DNA of 64,000 nucleotides from Escherichia coli (GTDB taxonomy: Bacteria; Pseudomonadota; Gammaproteobacteria; Enterobacterales; Enterobacteriaceae), in NCBI RefSeq assembly GCF_041248615.1, contig NZ_CP158426.1; one strand, written 5' to 3'. A model generated the notes under the pieces. The model was not told where the DNA came from and made no database searches. It was given only the letters and a program-made list of their open reading frames with translations. The position numbers and the translations under genes are program-made. Of the stretch, positions 9,084-22,831 are shown piece by piece; the first letter of the stretch is position 1, and every line of letters begins with the position of its first letter.

Positions 9084-10502
9084 ATGGTTACTATCAATAC
9101 GGAATCTGCTTTAACGCCACGTTCTTTGCGGGATACGCGGCGTATGAATATGTTTGTTTCGGTAGCTGCTGCGGTCGCAGGATTGTTATTTGGTCTTGAT
9201 ATCGGCGTAATCGCCGGAGCGTTGCCGTTCATTACCGATCACTTTGTGCTGACCAGTCGTTTGCAGGAATGGGTGGTTAGTAGCATGATGCTCGGTGCAG
9301 CAATTGGTGCGCTGTTTAATGGTTGGCTGTCGTTCCGCCTGGGGCGTAAATACAGCCTGATGGCGGGGGCCATCCTGTTTGTACTCGGTTCTATAGGGTC
9401 CGCTTTTGCGACCAGCGTAGAGATGTTAATCGCCGCTCGTGTGGTGCTGGGCATTGCTGTCGGGATCGCGTCTTACACCGCTCCTCTGTATCTTTCTGAA
9501 ATGGCAAGTGAAAACGTTCGCGGTAAGATGATCAGTATGTACCAGTTGATGGTCACACTCGGCATCGTGCTGGCGTTTTTATCCGATACAGCGTTCAGTT
9601 ATAGCGGTAACTGGCGCGCAATGTTGGGGGTTCTTGCTTTACCAGCAGTTCTGCTGATTATTCTGGTAGTCTTCCTGCCAAATAGCCCGCGCTGGCTGGC
9701 GGAAAAGGGGCGTCATATTGAGGCGGAAGAAGTATTGCGTATGCTGCGCGATACGTCGGAAAAAGCGCGAGAAGAACTCAACGAAATTCGTGAAAGCCTG
9801 AAGTTAAAACAGGGCGGTTGGGCACTGTTTAAGATCAACCGTAACGTCCGTCGTGCTGTGTTTCTCGGTATGTTGTTGCAGGCGATGCAGCAGTTTACCG
9901 GTATGAACATCATCATGTACTACGCGCCGCGTATCTTCAAAATGGCGGGCTTTACGACCACAGAACAACAGATGATTGCGACTCTGGTCGTAGGGCTGAC
10001 CTTTATGTTCGCCACCTTTATTGCGGTGTTTACGGTAGATAAAGCAGGGCGTAAACCGGCTCTGAAAATTGGTTTCAGCGTGATGGCGTTAGGCACTCTG
10101 GTGCTGGGCTATTGCCTGATGCAGTTTGATAACGGTACGGCTTCCAGTGGCTTGTCCTGGCTCTCTGTTGGCATGACGATGATGTGTATTGCCGGTTATG
10201 CGATGAGCGCCGCGCCAGTGGTGTGGATCCTGTGCTCTGAAATTCAGCCGCTGAAATGCCGCGATTTCGGTATTACCTGTTCGACCACCACGAACTGGGT
10301 GTCGAATATGATTATCGGCGCGACCTTCCTGACACTGCTTGATAGCATTGGCGCTGCCGGTACGTTCTGGCTCTACACTGCGCTGAACATTGCGTTTGTG
10401 GGCATTACTTTCTGGCTCATTCCGGAAACCAAAAATGTCACGCTGGAACATATCGAACGCAAACTGATGGCAGGCGAGAAGTTGAGAAATATCGGCGTCT
10501 GA
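9084..10502 (+). CDS. araE: Arabinose:H+ symporter AraE (MFS sugar porter)
   Basis: 472-aa product [30 protein letters not shown]... recognised as AraE; the ORF track's longer 515-aa frame starts upstream of the true start. Confidence 0.92.
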
Positions 10503-10508
10503 TTTCAC

Positions 10509-10541
10509 GGGCCGGATGTGCTGTACATCCGGCCCTTTTTT
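10509..10541 (+). terminator. Rho-independent terminator after araE
   Basis: Hairpin GGGCCGGATG...CATCCGGCCC followed by TTTTTT. Confidence 0.7.
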
Positions 10542-10630
10542 CGTTAATAGAGATTGGGCACTTGGCCGTTGAGGCGTTTGTCTCGTTCCTTATTCAGCCT
10601 TGTTGCGGTAACACACATCAGGAGAGAGGA

Positions 10631-11323
10631 ATGAAAACAATTGGTTTGCTGGGAGGAATGAGCTGGGAATCCACCATTCCTTACTATCGTTTGATAAATG
10701 AAGGCATTAAACAGCGGCTTGGTGGGCTTCACTCTGCGCAAGTGCTGCTACATAGCGTCGATTTTCATGAAATAGAAGAGTGCCAGCGTCGCGGGGAATG
10801 GGATAAAACCGGGGACATTCTGGCTGAGGCGGCGCTTGGCTTACAGCGGGCGGGCGCAGAAGGTATTGTGTTATGTACCAATACGATGCATAAAGTGGCG
10901 GATGCCATTGAGTCACGTTGCACTCTGCCTTTCTTACACATTGCGGATGCCACCGGACGTGCAATTACCGGGGCCGGAATGACTCGTGTGGCGCTGCTGG
11001 GTACGCGTTACACCATGGAACAGGATTTTTATCGCGGGCGGCTGACGGAACAATTTTCCATCAATTGTCTTATTCCTGAAGCGGATGAACGGGCGAAAAT
11101 TAATCAGATTATTTTTGAAGAACTGTGTCTGGGGCAATTTACCGAAGCGTCACGCGCTTATTATGCGCAAGTGATTGCTCGCCTTGCAGAACAGGGCGCA
11201 CAGGGCGTCATTTTTGGCTGCACAGAAATTGGTTTACTGGTGCCAGAAGAGCGCAGTGTTTTGCCTGTGTTTGATACCGCGGCGATCCATGCCGAGGATG
11301 CTGTCGCTTTTATGCTGTCGTAG
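10631..11323 (+). CDS. ygeA: Asp/Glu-family amino-acid racemase YgeA
   Basis: 230-aa product [45 protein letters not shown]...; its 3' end overlaps the convergent lysR 3' end by 14 bp. Confidence 0.88.
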
Positions 11324-12245
11324 CTGACGACAAAATAGCGTCAAGAGAAGTGACCAGTTTCGGTAACCCCGCTTGTAAATGCCCACTAAACGCCTGAACC
11401 AGCGCTGATGACGGGCGGTGCAGGGGGCGGATCAGGCTGACGGTGAACGGAACCGCAATACTGAACCGCCGCACCACTAAACCGCTTGCCGCATAATCTA
11501 GTGCGGTGAGCGGGTTAACCACCGAAACACCTACCCCCGCCCGTACCATTGCGCAGACTGACGCGGCGCTGTGGGTTTCTACGATCATGCGTCGTTTAAC
11601 CTGATGTTCAGTAAATAGCTGATCCAGCAACTGGCGATAGCTGTCAGTACGGGAAAGGCTGATGTAGTTCTCACCCTGAAAATCATCCGGCGTTAATACC
11701 TTTTTTACCGCCAGCGGATGACCCGGAGGTAACACACACACTTCATCTAAAGAGAGTAATTCGGTACGTTCTGTTCCCGCAGGCGTATGGAGCGTTTCAG
11801 TGAGTCCTAAATCATGACGCTGGGCCGAGAGCCACTCTTCAAGTAGCGGTGATTCCTGGGGCACGATATTTAAGCTGACATCGGGATAACGTGCCAGAAA
11901 GGGTTGCAGGAGCTGCGGTAAAAAAGATTGCGAAAAGACCGGCAGGCAGGCAATAGACAGTTCTCCCTGGCGAAACTCGCGCAGACTTTCTGCGGCGCTG
12001 ACAATGCGATCCAGTCCGTACCAGGATCGTTGCACTTCTTCAAACAGACGCAGTCCTTGCACGGTAGGATGTAATCGCCCACGTACGCGCTCAAACAATT
12101 TCAGCCCGATCACCTTCTCAAAGCGCGCAAGTTCGCGGCTGACGGTTGGCTGTGAGGTGTGTAGCAGGTGTGCCGCCTCAGTCAGGCTTCCGGCGGTCAT
12201 TACCGCATGAAAAATTTCAATATGACGTAAGTTAACGGCGGCCAT
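11310..12245 (-). CDS. lysR: LysR transcriptional activator of lysA
   Basis: 311-aa [47 protein letters not shown]...; divergent from lysA. Confidence 0.93.
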
Positions 12246-12366
12246 TAGCGCTCTCTCGCAATCCGGTAATCCATATCATTTTTGCATAGACTCGACATAA
12301 ATCGATATTTTTTATTCTTTTTATGATGTGGCGTAATCATAAAAAAGCACTTATCTGGAGTTTGTT

Positions 12367-13629
12367 ATGCCACATTCACTGTTCAGCACCGATACCGATC
12401 TCACCGCCGAAAATCTGCTGCGTTTGCCCGCTGAATTTGGCTGCCCGGTGTGGGTCTACGATGCGCAAATTATTCGTCGGCAGATTGCAGCGCTGAAACA
12501 GTTTGATGTGGTGCGCTTTGCACAGAAAGCCTGTTCCAATATTCATATTTTGCGCTTAATGCGTGAGCAGGGCGTGAAAGTGGATTCCGTCTCGTTAGGC
12601 GAAATAGAGCGTGCGTTGGCGGCGGGTTACAATCCGCAAACGCACCCCGATGATATTGTTTTTACGGCAGATGTTATCGATCAGGCGACGCTTGAACGCG
12701 TCAGTGAATTGCAAATTCCGGTGAATGCGGGTTCTGTTGATATGCTCGACCAACTGGGCCAGGTTTCGCCAGGGCATCGGGTATGGCTGCGCGTTAATCC
12801 GGGGTTTGGTCACGGACATAGCCAAAAAACCAATACCGGTGGCGAAAACAGCAAGCACGGTATCTGGTACACCGATCTGCCCGCCGCACTGGACGTGATA
12901 CAACGTCATCATCTGCAGCTGGTCGGCATTCACATGCACATTGGTTCTGGCGTTGATTATGCCCATCTGGAACAGGTGTGTGGTGCTATGGTGCGTCAGG
13001 TCATCGAATTCGGTCAGGATTTACAGGCTATTTCTGCGGGCGGTGGGCTTTCTGTTCCTTATCAACAGGGTGAAGAGGCGGTTGATACCGAACATTATTA
13101 TGGTCTGTGGAATGCCGCGCGTGAGCAAATCGCCCGCCATTTGGGCCACCCTGTGAAACTGGAAATTGAACCGGGTCGCTTCCTGGTAGCGCAGTCTGGC
13201 GTATTAATTACTCAGGTGCGGAGCGTCAAACAAATGGGGAGCCGCCACTTTGTGCTGGTTGATGCCGGGTTCAACGATCTGATGCGCCCGGCAATGTACG
13301 GTAGTTACCACCATATCAGTGCCCTGGCAGCTGATGGTCGTTCTCTGGAACACGCGCCAACGGTGGAAACCGTCGTCGCCGGACCGTTATGTGAATCGGG
13401 CGATGTCTTTACCCAGCAGGAAGGGGGAAATGTTGAAACCCGCGCCTTGCCGGAAGTGAAGGCAGGTGATTATCTGGTACTGCATGATACAGGGGCATAT
13501 GGCGCATCAATGTCATCCAACTACAATAGCCGTCCGCTGTTACCAGAAGTTCTGTTTGATAATGGTCAGGCGCGGTTGATTCGCCGTCGCCAGACCATTG
13601 AAGAATTACTGGCGCTGGAATTGCTTTAA
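12367..13629 (+). CDS. lysA: Diaminopimelate decarboxylase LysA
   Basis: 420-aa PLP-dependent decarboxylase MPHSLFSTDTDLTAENLLRLPAEFGCPVWVYDAQ... Confidence 0.93.
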   Translation: MPHSLFSTDTDLTAENLLRLPAEFGCPVWVYDAQIIRRQIAALKQFDVVRFAQKACSNIHILRLMREQGVKVDSVSLGEIERALAAGYNPQTHPDDIVFTADVIDQATLERVSELQIPVNAGSVDMLDQLGQVSPGHRVWLRVNPGFGHGHSQKTNTGGENSKHGIWYTDLPAALDVIQRHHLQLVGIHMHIGSGVDYAHLEQVCGAMVRQVIEFGQDLQAISAGGGLSVPYQQGEEAVDTEHYYGLWNAAREQIARHLGHPVKLEIEPGRFLVAQSGVLITQVRSVKQMGSRHFVLVDAGFNDLMRPAMYGSYHHISALAADGRSLEHAPTVETVVAGPLCESGDVFTQQEGGNVETRALPEVKAGDYLVLHDTGAYGASMSSNYNSRPLLPEVLFDNGQARLIRRRQTIEELLALELL

Positions 13630-13635
13630 CTGCGG

Positions 13636-14667
13636 TTAGTCGCTGGTTGCATGATGACTTGCCTCCAGCGACGGAGTTGACACTGAATGACGACGTACCA
13701 GCGTCGGACTAAAGACATTAGTGATTTCCGGGAGAGGGCGATTATCCGCCAGCGCCAAAGCCAGTTCGGCAGCCTGGGTCGCCATCGTCACGATTGGGTA
13801 ACGCACGGTGGTCAGGCGCGGACGCACATAGCGTGATACCAGCACATCATCAAAGCCAATTAACGAAATCTCACCCGGTACATCAATACCATTATCATTG
13901 AGAACGCCCATCGCACCCGCCGCCATTGAATCGTTATAACAGGCTACCGCAGTGAAATTTCTTCCTCGTCCCAAAAGCTCGGTCATTGCCTGTTCGCCGC
14001 CGCTTTCGTCTGGTTCGCCAAATGTCACCAGCCGGTCATTGGCCGCAATACCACTTTCAGCAAGGGCATCGTAATACCCTTGCAGACGATCTTCGGCGTC
14101 AGAAATAGAGTGGTTAGAGCACAGATAACCAATGCGGGTATGACCTTGCTGAATTAAATGACGCGTTGCCAGCCAGGCACCGTAACGATCGTCCAGAGCA
14201 ATACAACGGTTTTCAAAGCCAGGCAGGATACGGTTGATCAGCACCATACCGGGCATTTGTTTCATTAATGAGGCTAAATCAGCATCCGGGATCATTTTGG
14301 CATGGACGACCAACGCAGCACAGCGATGGCGGATCAGTTGCTCAATGGCCTGACGCTCTTTTTGTTCGTTGTGGTAACCGTTGCCAATCAATAAAAAATT
14401 ACCGGTGTGATAAGCCACCTGTTCGACCGCTTTCACCATTGCACCGAAAAACGGATCGGAAACATCACCAACGACCAGACCGACCGTTTCAGTGGTCTGC
14501 TGCGCCAGCGCACGGGCGTTGGCGTTCGGGTGATAGCTAAGAGACTCCATTGCACTATGCACAGCCAGCCGGGAAGCTTCGCTGGCTTTGGGTGAATTAT
14601 TAATGACGCGGGAAACGGTGGCGACTGAAACGCCTGCCAGTCGGGCTACATCCTTTATGGTCGCCAT
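13636..14667 (-). CDS. galR: Galactose repressor GalR (LacI family)
   Basis: 343-aa product MATIKDVARLAGVSVATVSRVINNSPKASEASRLAVHSAMESLSYHPNANARALAQQ... Confidence 0.93.
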   Translation of the reverse strand: MATIKDVARLAGVSVATVSRVINNSPKASEASRLAVHSAMESLSYHPNANARALAQQTTETVGLVVGDVSDPFFGAMVKAVEQVAYHTGNFLLIGNGYHNEQKERQAIEQLIRHRCAALVVHAKMIPDADLASLMKQMPGMVLINRILPGFENRCIALDDRYGAWLATRHLIQQGHTRIGYLCSNHSISDAEDRLQGYYDALAESGIAANDRLVTFGEPDESGGEQAMTELLGRGRNFTAVACYNDSMAAGAMGVLNDNGIDVPGEISLIGFDDVLVSRYVRPRLTTVRYPIVTMATQAAELALALADNRPLPEITNVFSPTLVRRHSVSTPSLEASHHATSD

Positions 14668-14880
14668 GAAAATACCTTAGTGGGTAAACGCTTACATTCT
14701 TTCAGTGTTACGGAAAACGCCCGTTGGTTCAAGGGGTGGCGTGTTTTCATCGTGGGAATGTGAGCCAAACGCAAATAAGTAAGACAAAAAAAGAGATTGC
14801 AAACCTTTGGTTACACTTTGCGAAACGCTGTTGCGATTGACCGCTGGTGGCGTTTGGCTTCAGGTTGCTAAAGTGGTGAT

Positions 14881-14962
14881 CCCAGAGGTATTGATAGGTG
14901 AAGTCAACTTCGGGTTGAGCACATGAATTACACCAGCCTGCGCAGATGCGCAGGTTTTTTTT
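14881..14962 (+). ncRNA. omrB: OmrB small RNA (Hfq-dependent, OmpR-regulated)
   Basis: Starts CCCAGAGGTATTGATAGGTGAAGTCAACTTCGGGTTGAGC... and ends in the hairpin CCTGCGCAGATGCGCAGG plus a T-run; lies between galR and aas as expected. Confidence 0.85.
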
Positions 14963-15076
14963 GCCGGTCATCAATCTGTAACAGTAACCGACAATTTACA
15001 CACCTCGTTGCATTTCCCTTCATTCCTTTGCGTTTTCTCGCTGGCGAAGAGTCGTCGTGCAGACCACAATCAAGAT

Positions 15077-15164
15077 CCCAGAGGTATTGATTGGTGAGAT
15101 TATTCGGTACGCTCTTCGTACCCTGTCTCTTGCACCAACCTGCGCGGATGCGCAGGTTTTTTTT
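15077..15164 (+). ncRNA. omrA: OmrA small RNA (paralogue of OmrB)
   Basis: Starts CCCAGAGGTATTGATTGGTGAGATTATTCGGTACGCTCTTCG... and ends in the hairpin CCTGCGCGGATGCGCAGG plus a T-run; shares 5' and 3' ends with OmrB. Confidence 0.85.
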
Positions 15165-15230
15165 CGCACCTAATTTACTGTCGCTCGCGTTCTTTATCTC
15201 GTGTAATCTCCCTCCATTCGCTTTTACTGA

Positions 15231-18597
<3,367 letters not shown>

Positions 18598-18600
18598 TAT

Positions 18601-18626
18601 TTAACGCCGGTTTTAACCGGCGTTAA
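18601..18626. terminator. Bidirectional hairpin terminator between convergent lplT and tas
   Basis: Perfect palindrome TTAACGCCGG-ttttaa-CCGGCGTTAA immediately after the lplT stop and the tas stop. Confidence 0.6.
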
Positions 18627-18628
18627 TC

Positions 18629-19669
18629 TTATGGTGCCGGATAAGTATAAACCTGATGCACCGCTTCAATTTCAGCTAATACGTCTTCGCTTAACTCCAG
18701 ATGCAAACTTTCGATGTTAGTTTTCAGCTGATCCATCGTGGTTGCGCCCAGCAGAGTGCTGGCAACAAACGGTTGACGGCGTACAAACGCGAGCGCCATC
18801 TGAGCAGGGTCCAGGCCATGACGTCTGGCGATATCAACATACGCCGCGACGGCTTTTTGCGTTTGCTCACCGCTATAGCGGGTGAACCGACTAAAGAGCG
18901 TATTACGTGCGCCAGCGGGTTTTGCACCATTGAGATATTTCCCGGTCAGCGTGCCGAAACCCAGGCACGAATAGGCCAGCAGTTCGACCCCTTCATACTG
19001 GCTGACTTCTGCCAGACCTACTTCAAAACTGCGGTTTAACAGACTGTAAGGGTTCTGAATGGTGACAATACGCGGCAGATCGTGTTTGTCCGCCAGATGC
19101 AGGTAGCGCATTACGCCAAATGCAGTTTCGTTCGACACGCCGATATAACGAATTTTTCCCGCGCGTTGGTACTCTGCCAGTGCGTCCAGCGTATCCAGCA
19201 GCGAAACCGCAGGCGCAGAATCCGTCCAGCTATAACCGAGTTTGCCGAAGCAGTTGGTCGGGCGCTGCGGCCAGTGCACCTGATAAAGATCGAGGTAATC
19301 AGTCTGTAGGCGCTTGAGGCTGTCATGCAGCGCTTCGCGGATATTCTTCCGATCCAGCGCCTGATCCGGGCGGATGCCCTTGTCATTATTGCGCGACGGT
19401 CCGCTCACTTTGGAGGCGATAATTAACTTTTCGCGGCTGCCATGTTTCGCCAGCCAGTTGCCGACGTAGGTTTCGGTTAACCCTTGCGTTTCGGGGCGCG
19501 GAGGTACTGGGTACATTTCGGCAACGTCGATAAGGTTAATGCCCTGAGCGACGGCATAGTCGAGTTGTGCGTGGGCGTCGGCTTCGCTGTTCTGTTCACC
19601 AAACGTCATCGTGCCAAGCCCCAGCGTGCTGACTTCCAGCGAACTGTGGGGTATACGGTGATATTGCAT
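18629..19669 (-). CDS. tas: Aldo-keto reductase Tas
   Basis: 346-aa product MQYHRIPHSSLEVSTLGLGTMTFGEQNSEADAHAQLDYAVAQGINLIDVAEMYP... Confidence 0.92.
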   Translation of the reverse strand: MQYHRIPHSSLEVSTLGLGTMTFGEQNSEADAHAQLDYAVAQGINLIDVAEMYPVPPRPETQGLTETYVGNWLAKHGSREKLIIASKVSGPSRNNDKGIRPDQALDRKNIREALHDSLKRLQTDYLDLYQVHWPQRPTNCFGKLGYSWTDSAPAVSLLDTLDALAEYQRAGKIRYIGVSNETAFGVMRYLHLADKHDLPRIVTIQNPYSLLNRSFEVGLAEVSQYEGVELLAYSCLGFGTLTGKYLNGAKPAGARNTLFSRFTRYSGEQTQKAVAAYVDIARRHGLDPAQMALAFVRRQPFVASTLLGATTMDQLKTNIESLHLELSEDVLAEIEAVHQVYTYPAP

Positions 19670-19776
19670 AGCCGTTTCCTTTTTATAATCACGACATAAG
19701 GAATATAAAAATGGCAGAGGGAAGGGAAAAGGGAAAGAGAAAAATCTTAAGGCCAGCCGGATGCTGACCTTATTTG

Positions 19777-19995
19777 TTAACGTTCAATAATTTGCGAAAC
19801 ATCATCACGGTTAATTTGCATCGCGTTACCTTGCTGATCGTGATAACTCACCAGCCCGGTATCATCATCAATTTCAGGTTTTCCATCGGTCAAAATCATA
19901 CGGCCATCTTTGGTCGCCATGACGTAATCACTGGAACACCCGGAAACAGCAAACGCCAGTCCGACTGCAGAAATTATTACTGCCCATTTTTTCAT
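19777..19995 (-). CDS. ygdR: Small lipoprotein YgdR (DUF903)
   Basis: 72 aa with a lipobox (AVSGCSS); paralogue of YgdI elsewhere in the window. Confidence 0.88.
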
Positions 19996-20132
19996 CCGGT
20001 TATCCTCATTTGGCCTACCTATGATAATAGTCTGTTTATAAACCGACGTTATATATCTTGAAAGCAGGAAAATCTTAAACTGTGAGGGTAAAAGGAGTGA
20101 GTACGCCCTCCCGCAGGAGAGCGTACGGAGTA

Positions 20133-20846
20133 TCAGAGCGGATTCTTTTTGTTGCGAATCAAGTTGAGGCTTTCAACCGCAATAGAGAAGAACATCGCGA
20201 AGTAGATGTAACCTTTCGGTACGTGGATGTCGAAACTTTCCAGAATCAGGGTAAAGCCCACCAGAATCAGGAAAGAGAGCGCCAGCATTTTTACCGAAGG
20301 ATGGCGTTCGACAAAATCACCAATCGAGCGCGCGGCGAACATCATCACGCCTACGGCAATCACCACGGCTGCCATCATAATAAACAGGTGATCTGACAGA
20401 CCCACAGCCGTAATCACCGAGTCGAGGCTAAAGATAATATCCAGCAGCATAATCTGCACGATAGCGCCGAGGAATGATGAAACGCGTGTTTTCAGCCCTT
20501 CTTCTTCACCTTCAATGGATTCGTGGATTTCCTTGCTGGCTTTCCAGATAAGGAACAAGCCACCCAGAAGCAGAATCAAATCACGGGCAGAAATTTCCTG
20601 ACTGAATATTGTAAAAAGCGGATTTGTCAGGCGCGTAACCCAGGCGATTGATGCCAGCAGCGCCAGACGCATAACCATGGCTCCCGCCAACCCCAGACGG
20701 CGCGCATGAGCACGTTGTGCTGTGGGAAGCTTTGCCACCACCAGAGAAAGGAAAATAATATTGTCGATCCCAAGAACGATCTCCAGCAGCGTCAGCGTAC
20801 CGAGCGCAAGCCAGGCGTTAGGATCGGTTATCCATGCAAATAACAT
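20133..20846 (-). CDS. ygdQ: TerC-family inner membrane protein YgdQ
   Basis: 237-aa polytopic membrane protein [41 protein letters not shown]... Confidence 0.88.
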
Positions 20847-20914
20847 CTAAAAAGCCCTGCCAAAAAAATGAAGCGGTAATTATATGCCCGGAAAGCGGCA
20901 GGTCAAAGCGATGG

Positions 20915-21604
20915 CTACTGGATCAGAAAATGACGGGCCAGTAGTGCACTGGTGAAATTCTTCTTCAAATAAAAGCCGCGTGGCAGCGTCAGAATCCGTT
21001 CGCCCCGGGCACCAATGGCTTCGGTAAGCGCTTTCGCATTCGCTGCTTTCGGTCGTATCTGTAAATACTCCCCGTGACGAGCGGTAATCCGCTCAACCTG
21101 ACCGAGAACAATCATATCCATTAATTCTTCCCAGTCTTCGCGTAGCTGCCGGTCTTCCTCTTCATTCGGGCTCCACAGCAACGGTGATCCAACGCGACGC
21201 TGCGCCAGCGGGATGCTGCGCTCGCCTTCAACCGGTATCCACAGTACGCGTTTGAGTTTGTGGCGCACGTGGCTGGTTTCCCAGGTCACCCCGCTATTGC
21301 CCGTTAACGGGGCAACACAAACGAATGTTGTTTCCAGCGGACGACCAAGACTATCCACAGGGATAGTTTTAAGTTCCACGCCCAGAGCAGCAAAATCTTG
21401 CTCAGGTTTACTCCCTGCGCTGGCACCTAGCCAGATCTCCAGTAACACGCCAATCCAGCCTTTATCGCGTTTTAAATTCTCTGGCGTAACCAGCCCGACA
21501 AGTGCCGCCAGTTCTCCCAATGTATAACCAGAAAGTTGCTGTGCTTGCGCTAACAACTGTTCTTCAGTTTCGGGAGGAGAGAGCAGTGGGCGAGGTTGGG
21601 ACAT
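20915..21604 (-). CDS. mutH: Methyl-directed mismatch repair endonuclease MutH
   Basis: 229-aa product [52 protein letters not shown]... Confidence 0.93.
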   Translation of the reverse strand: MSQPRPLLSPPETEEQLLAQAQQLSGYTLGELAALVGLVTPENLKRDKGWIGVLLEIWLGASAGSKPEQDFAALGVELKTIPVDSLGRPLETTFVCVAPLTGNSGVTWETSHVRHKLKRVLWIPVEGERSIPLAQRRVGSPLLWSPNEEEDRQLREDWEELMDMIVLGQVERITARHGEYLQIRPKAANAKALTEAIGARGERILTLPRGFYLKKNFTSALLARHFLIQ

Positions 21605-21749
21605 GTCATGATACCTTGATTAAAAAACAAACAGCAATTATGTGCCGAATATTCGCAGTGTAACTTTTTCCACATGCGTTGTTCAATTCTCTGATTTATA
21701 TTGCTTTTTAGGTTGCCGGTAATCGAGTTGCGCAACACTGCAACGGGTT

Positions 21750-22160
21750 TTCCAAATCTGGTCACTGAAAATAAACAGGATCTTACACCATGTTATCCAC
21801 AGAAAGCTGGGATAACTGTGAAAAACCTCCACTACTGTTTCCATTTACAGCCTTGACGTGCGACGAAACTCCAGTTTTTAGTGGTTCAGTGCTTAACTTA
21901 GTGGCACATTCTGTGGATAAATACGGCATTGGTTGATCTTTCGCCAACCCGTAAATGAGAGGTGTGACCTGGGTCACGAATTACTCTTTTTCATTACTAA
22001 AATTACATGTAATGCATTGACTGATAATGAATATTTTAAAATGTCTATATCGGGCTTATTCAGAATGCTCCGGGTTTTCCCGTAGTAATTCCGTAGTTCT
22101 TCACAACTCTATCCACAGAAAAGGTGAATAAAAACGGCTATCCACCCCTTCCTCTGTTTA
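21750..22160. promoter_or_regulatory. DARS2-like DnaA-reactivating region with clustered DnaA boxes
   Basis: Perfect TTATCCACA at 21793..21801 and its reverse complement TGTGGATAA at 21912..21920; near-consensus CTATCCACA at 22109..22117, CTATCCACC at 22138..22146 and TTCTTCACA at 22096..22104. DARS2 is reported in the mutH-ygdP(rppH) intergenic region. Confidence 0.6.
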
Positions 22161-22288
22161 TAACTCTGCACATAACTGTGAGTTATTCAATTGTTATTAG
22201 TGTGTAATGCCCTGCAGAGAGTGGTTTACCGTCTTCCTGGAGTATGAAACAATCATTCGTATATAAAGCTTTATTTTGAGGTAGTCCG

Positions 22289-22819
22289 GTGATTGATGAC
22301 GATGGCTACCGCCCAAACGTAGGTATCGTGATTTGTAATCGCCAGGGGCAGGTAATGTGGGCCCGGCGATTTGGTCAGCACTCCTGGCAATTTCCGCAAG
22401 GCGGAATCAACCCCGGAGAATCCGCAGAGCAGGCGATGTACCGTGAATTGTTTGAAGAAGTAGGATTAAGCCGCAAAGACGTTCGAATCCTTGCTTCAAC
22501 GCGTAACTGGTTGCGCTACAAATTACCGAAACGTTTGGTGCGTTGGGACACGAAGCCGGTTTGTATCGGCCAAAAACAAAAATGGTTTCTCTTGCAGCTG
22601 GTGAGCGGCGATGCAGAAATCAATATGCAAACCAGCAGTACACCAGAGTTTGACGGCTGGCGATGGGTAAGTTACTGGTATCCGGTCAGACAGGTGGTGT
22701 CATTTAAACGTGATGTCTACCGTAGGGTAATGAAAGAGTTCGCGAGTGTGGTGATGTCACTGCAGGAAAATACGCCAAAACCACAAAACGCATCTGCTTA
22801 TCGACGTAAAAGAGGTTAA
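22289..22819 (+). CDS. rppH: RNA pyrophosphohydrolase RppH (NudH), Nudix family
   Basis: 176-aa product with a Nudix box ([23 protein letters not shown]); GTG start. Confidence 0.93.
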
Positions 22820-22831
22820 GTCACGCCAATT

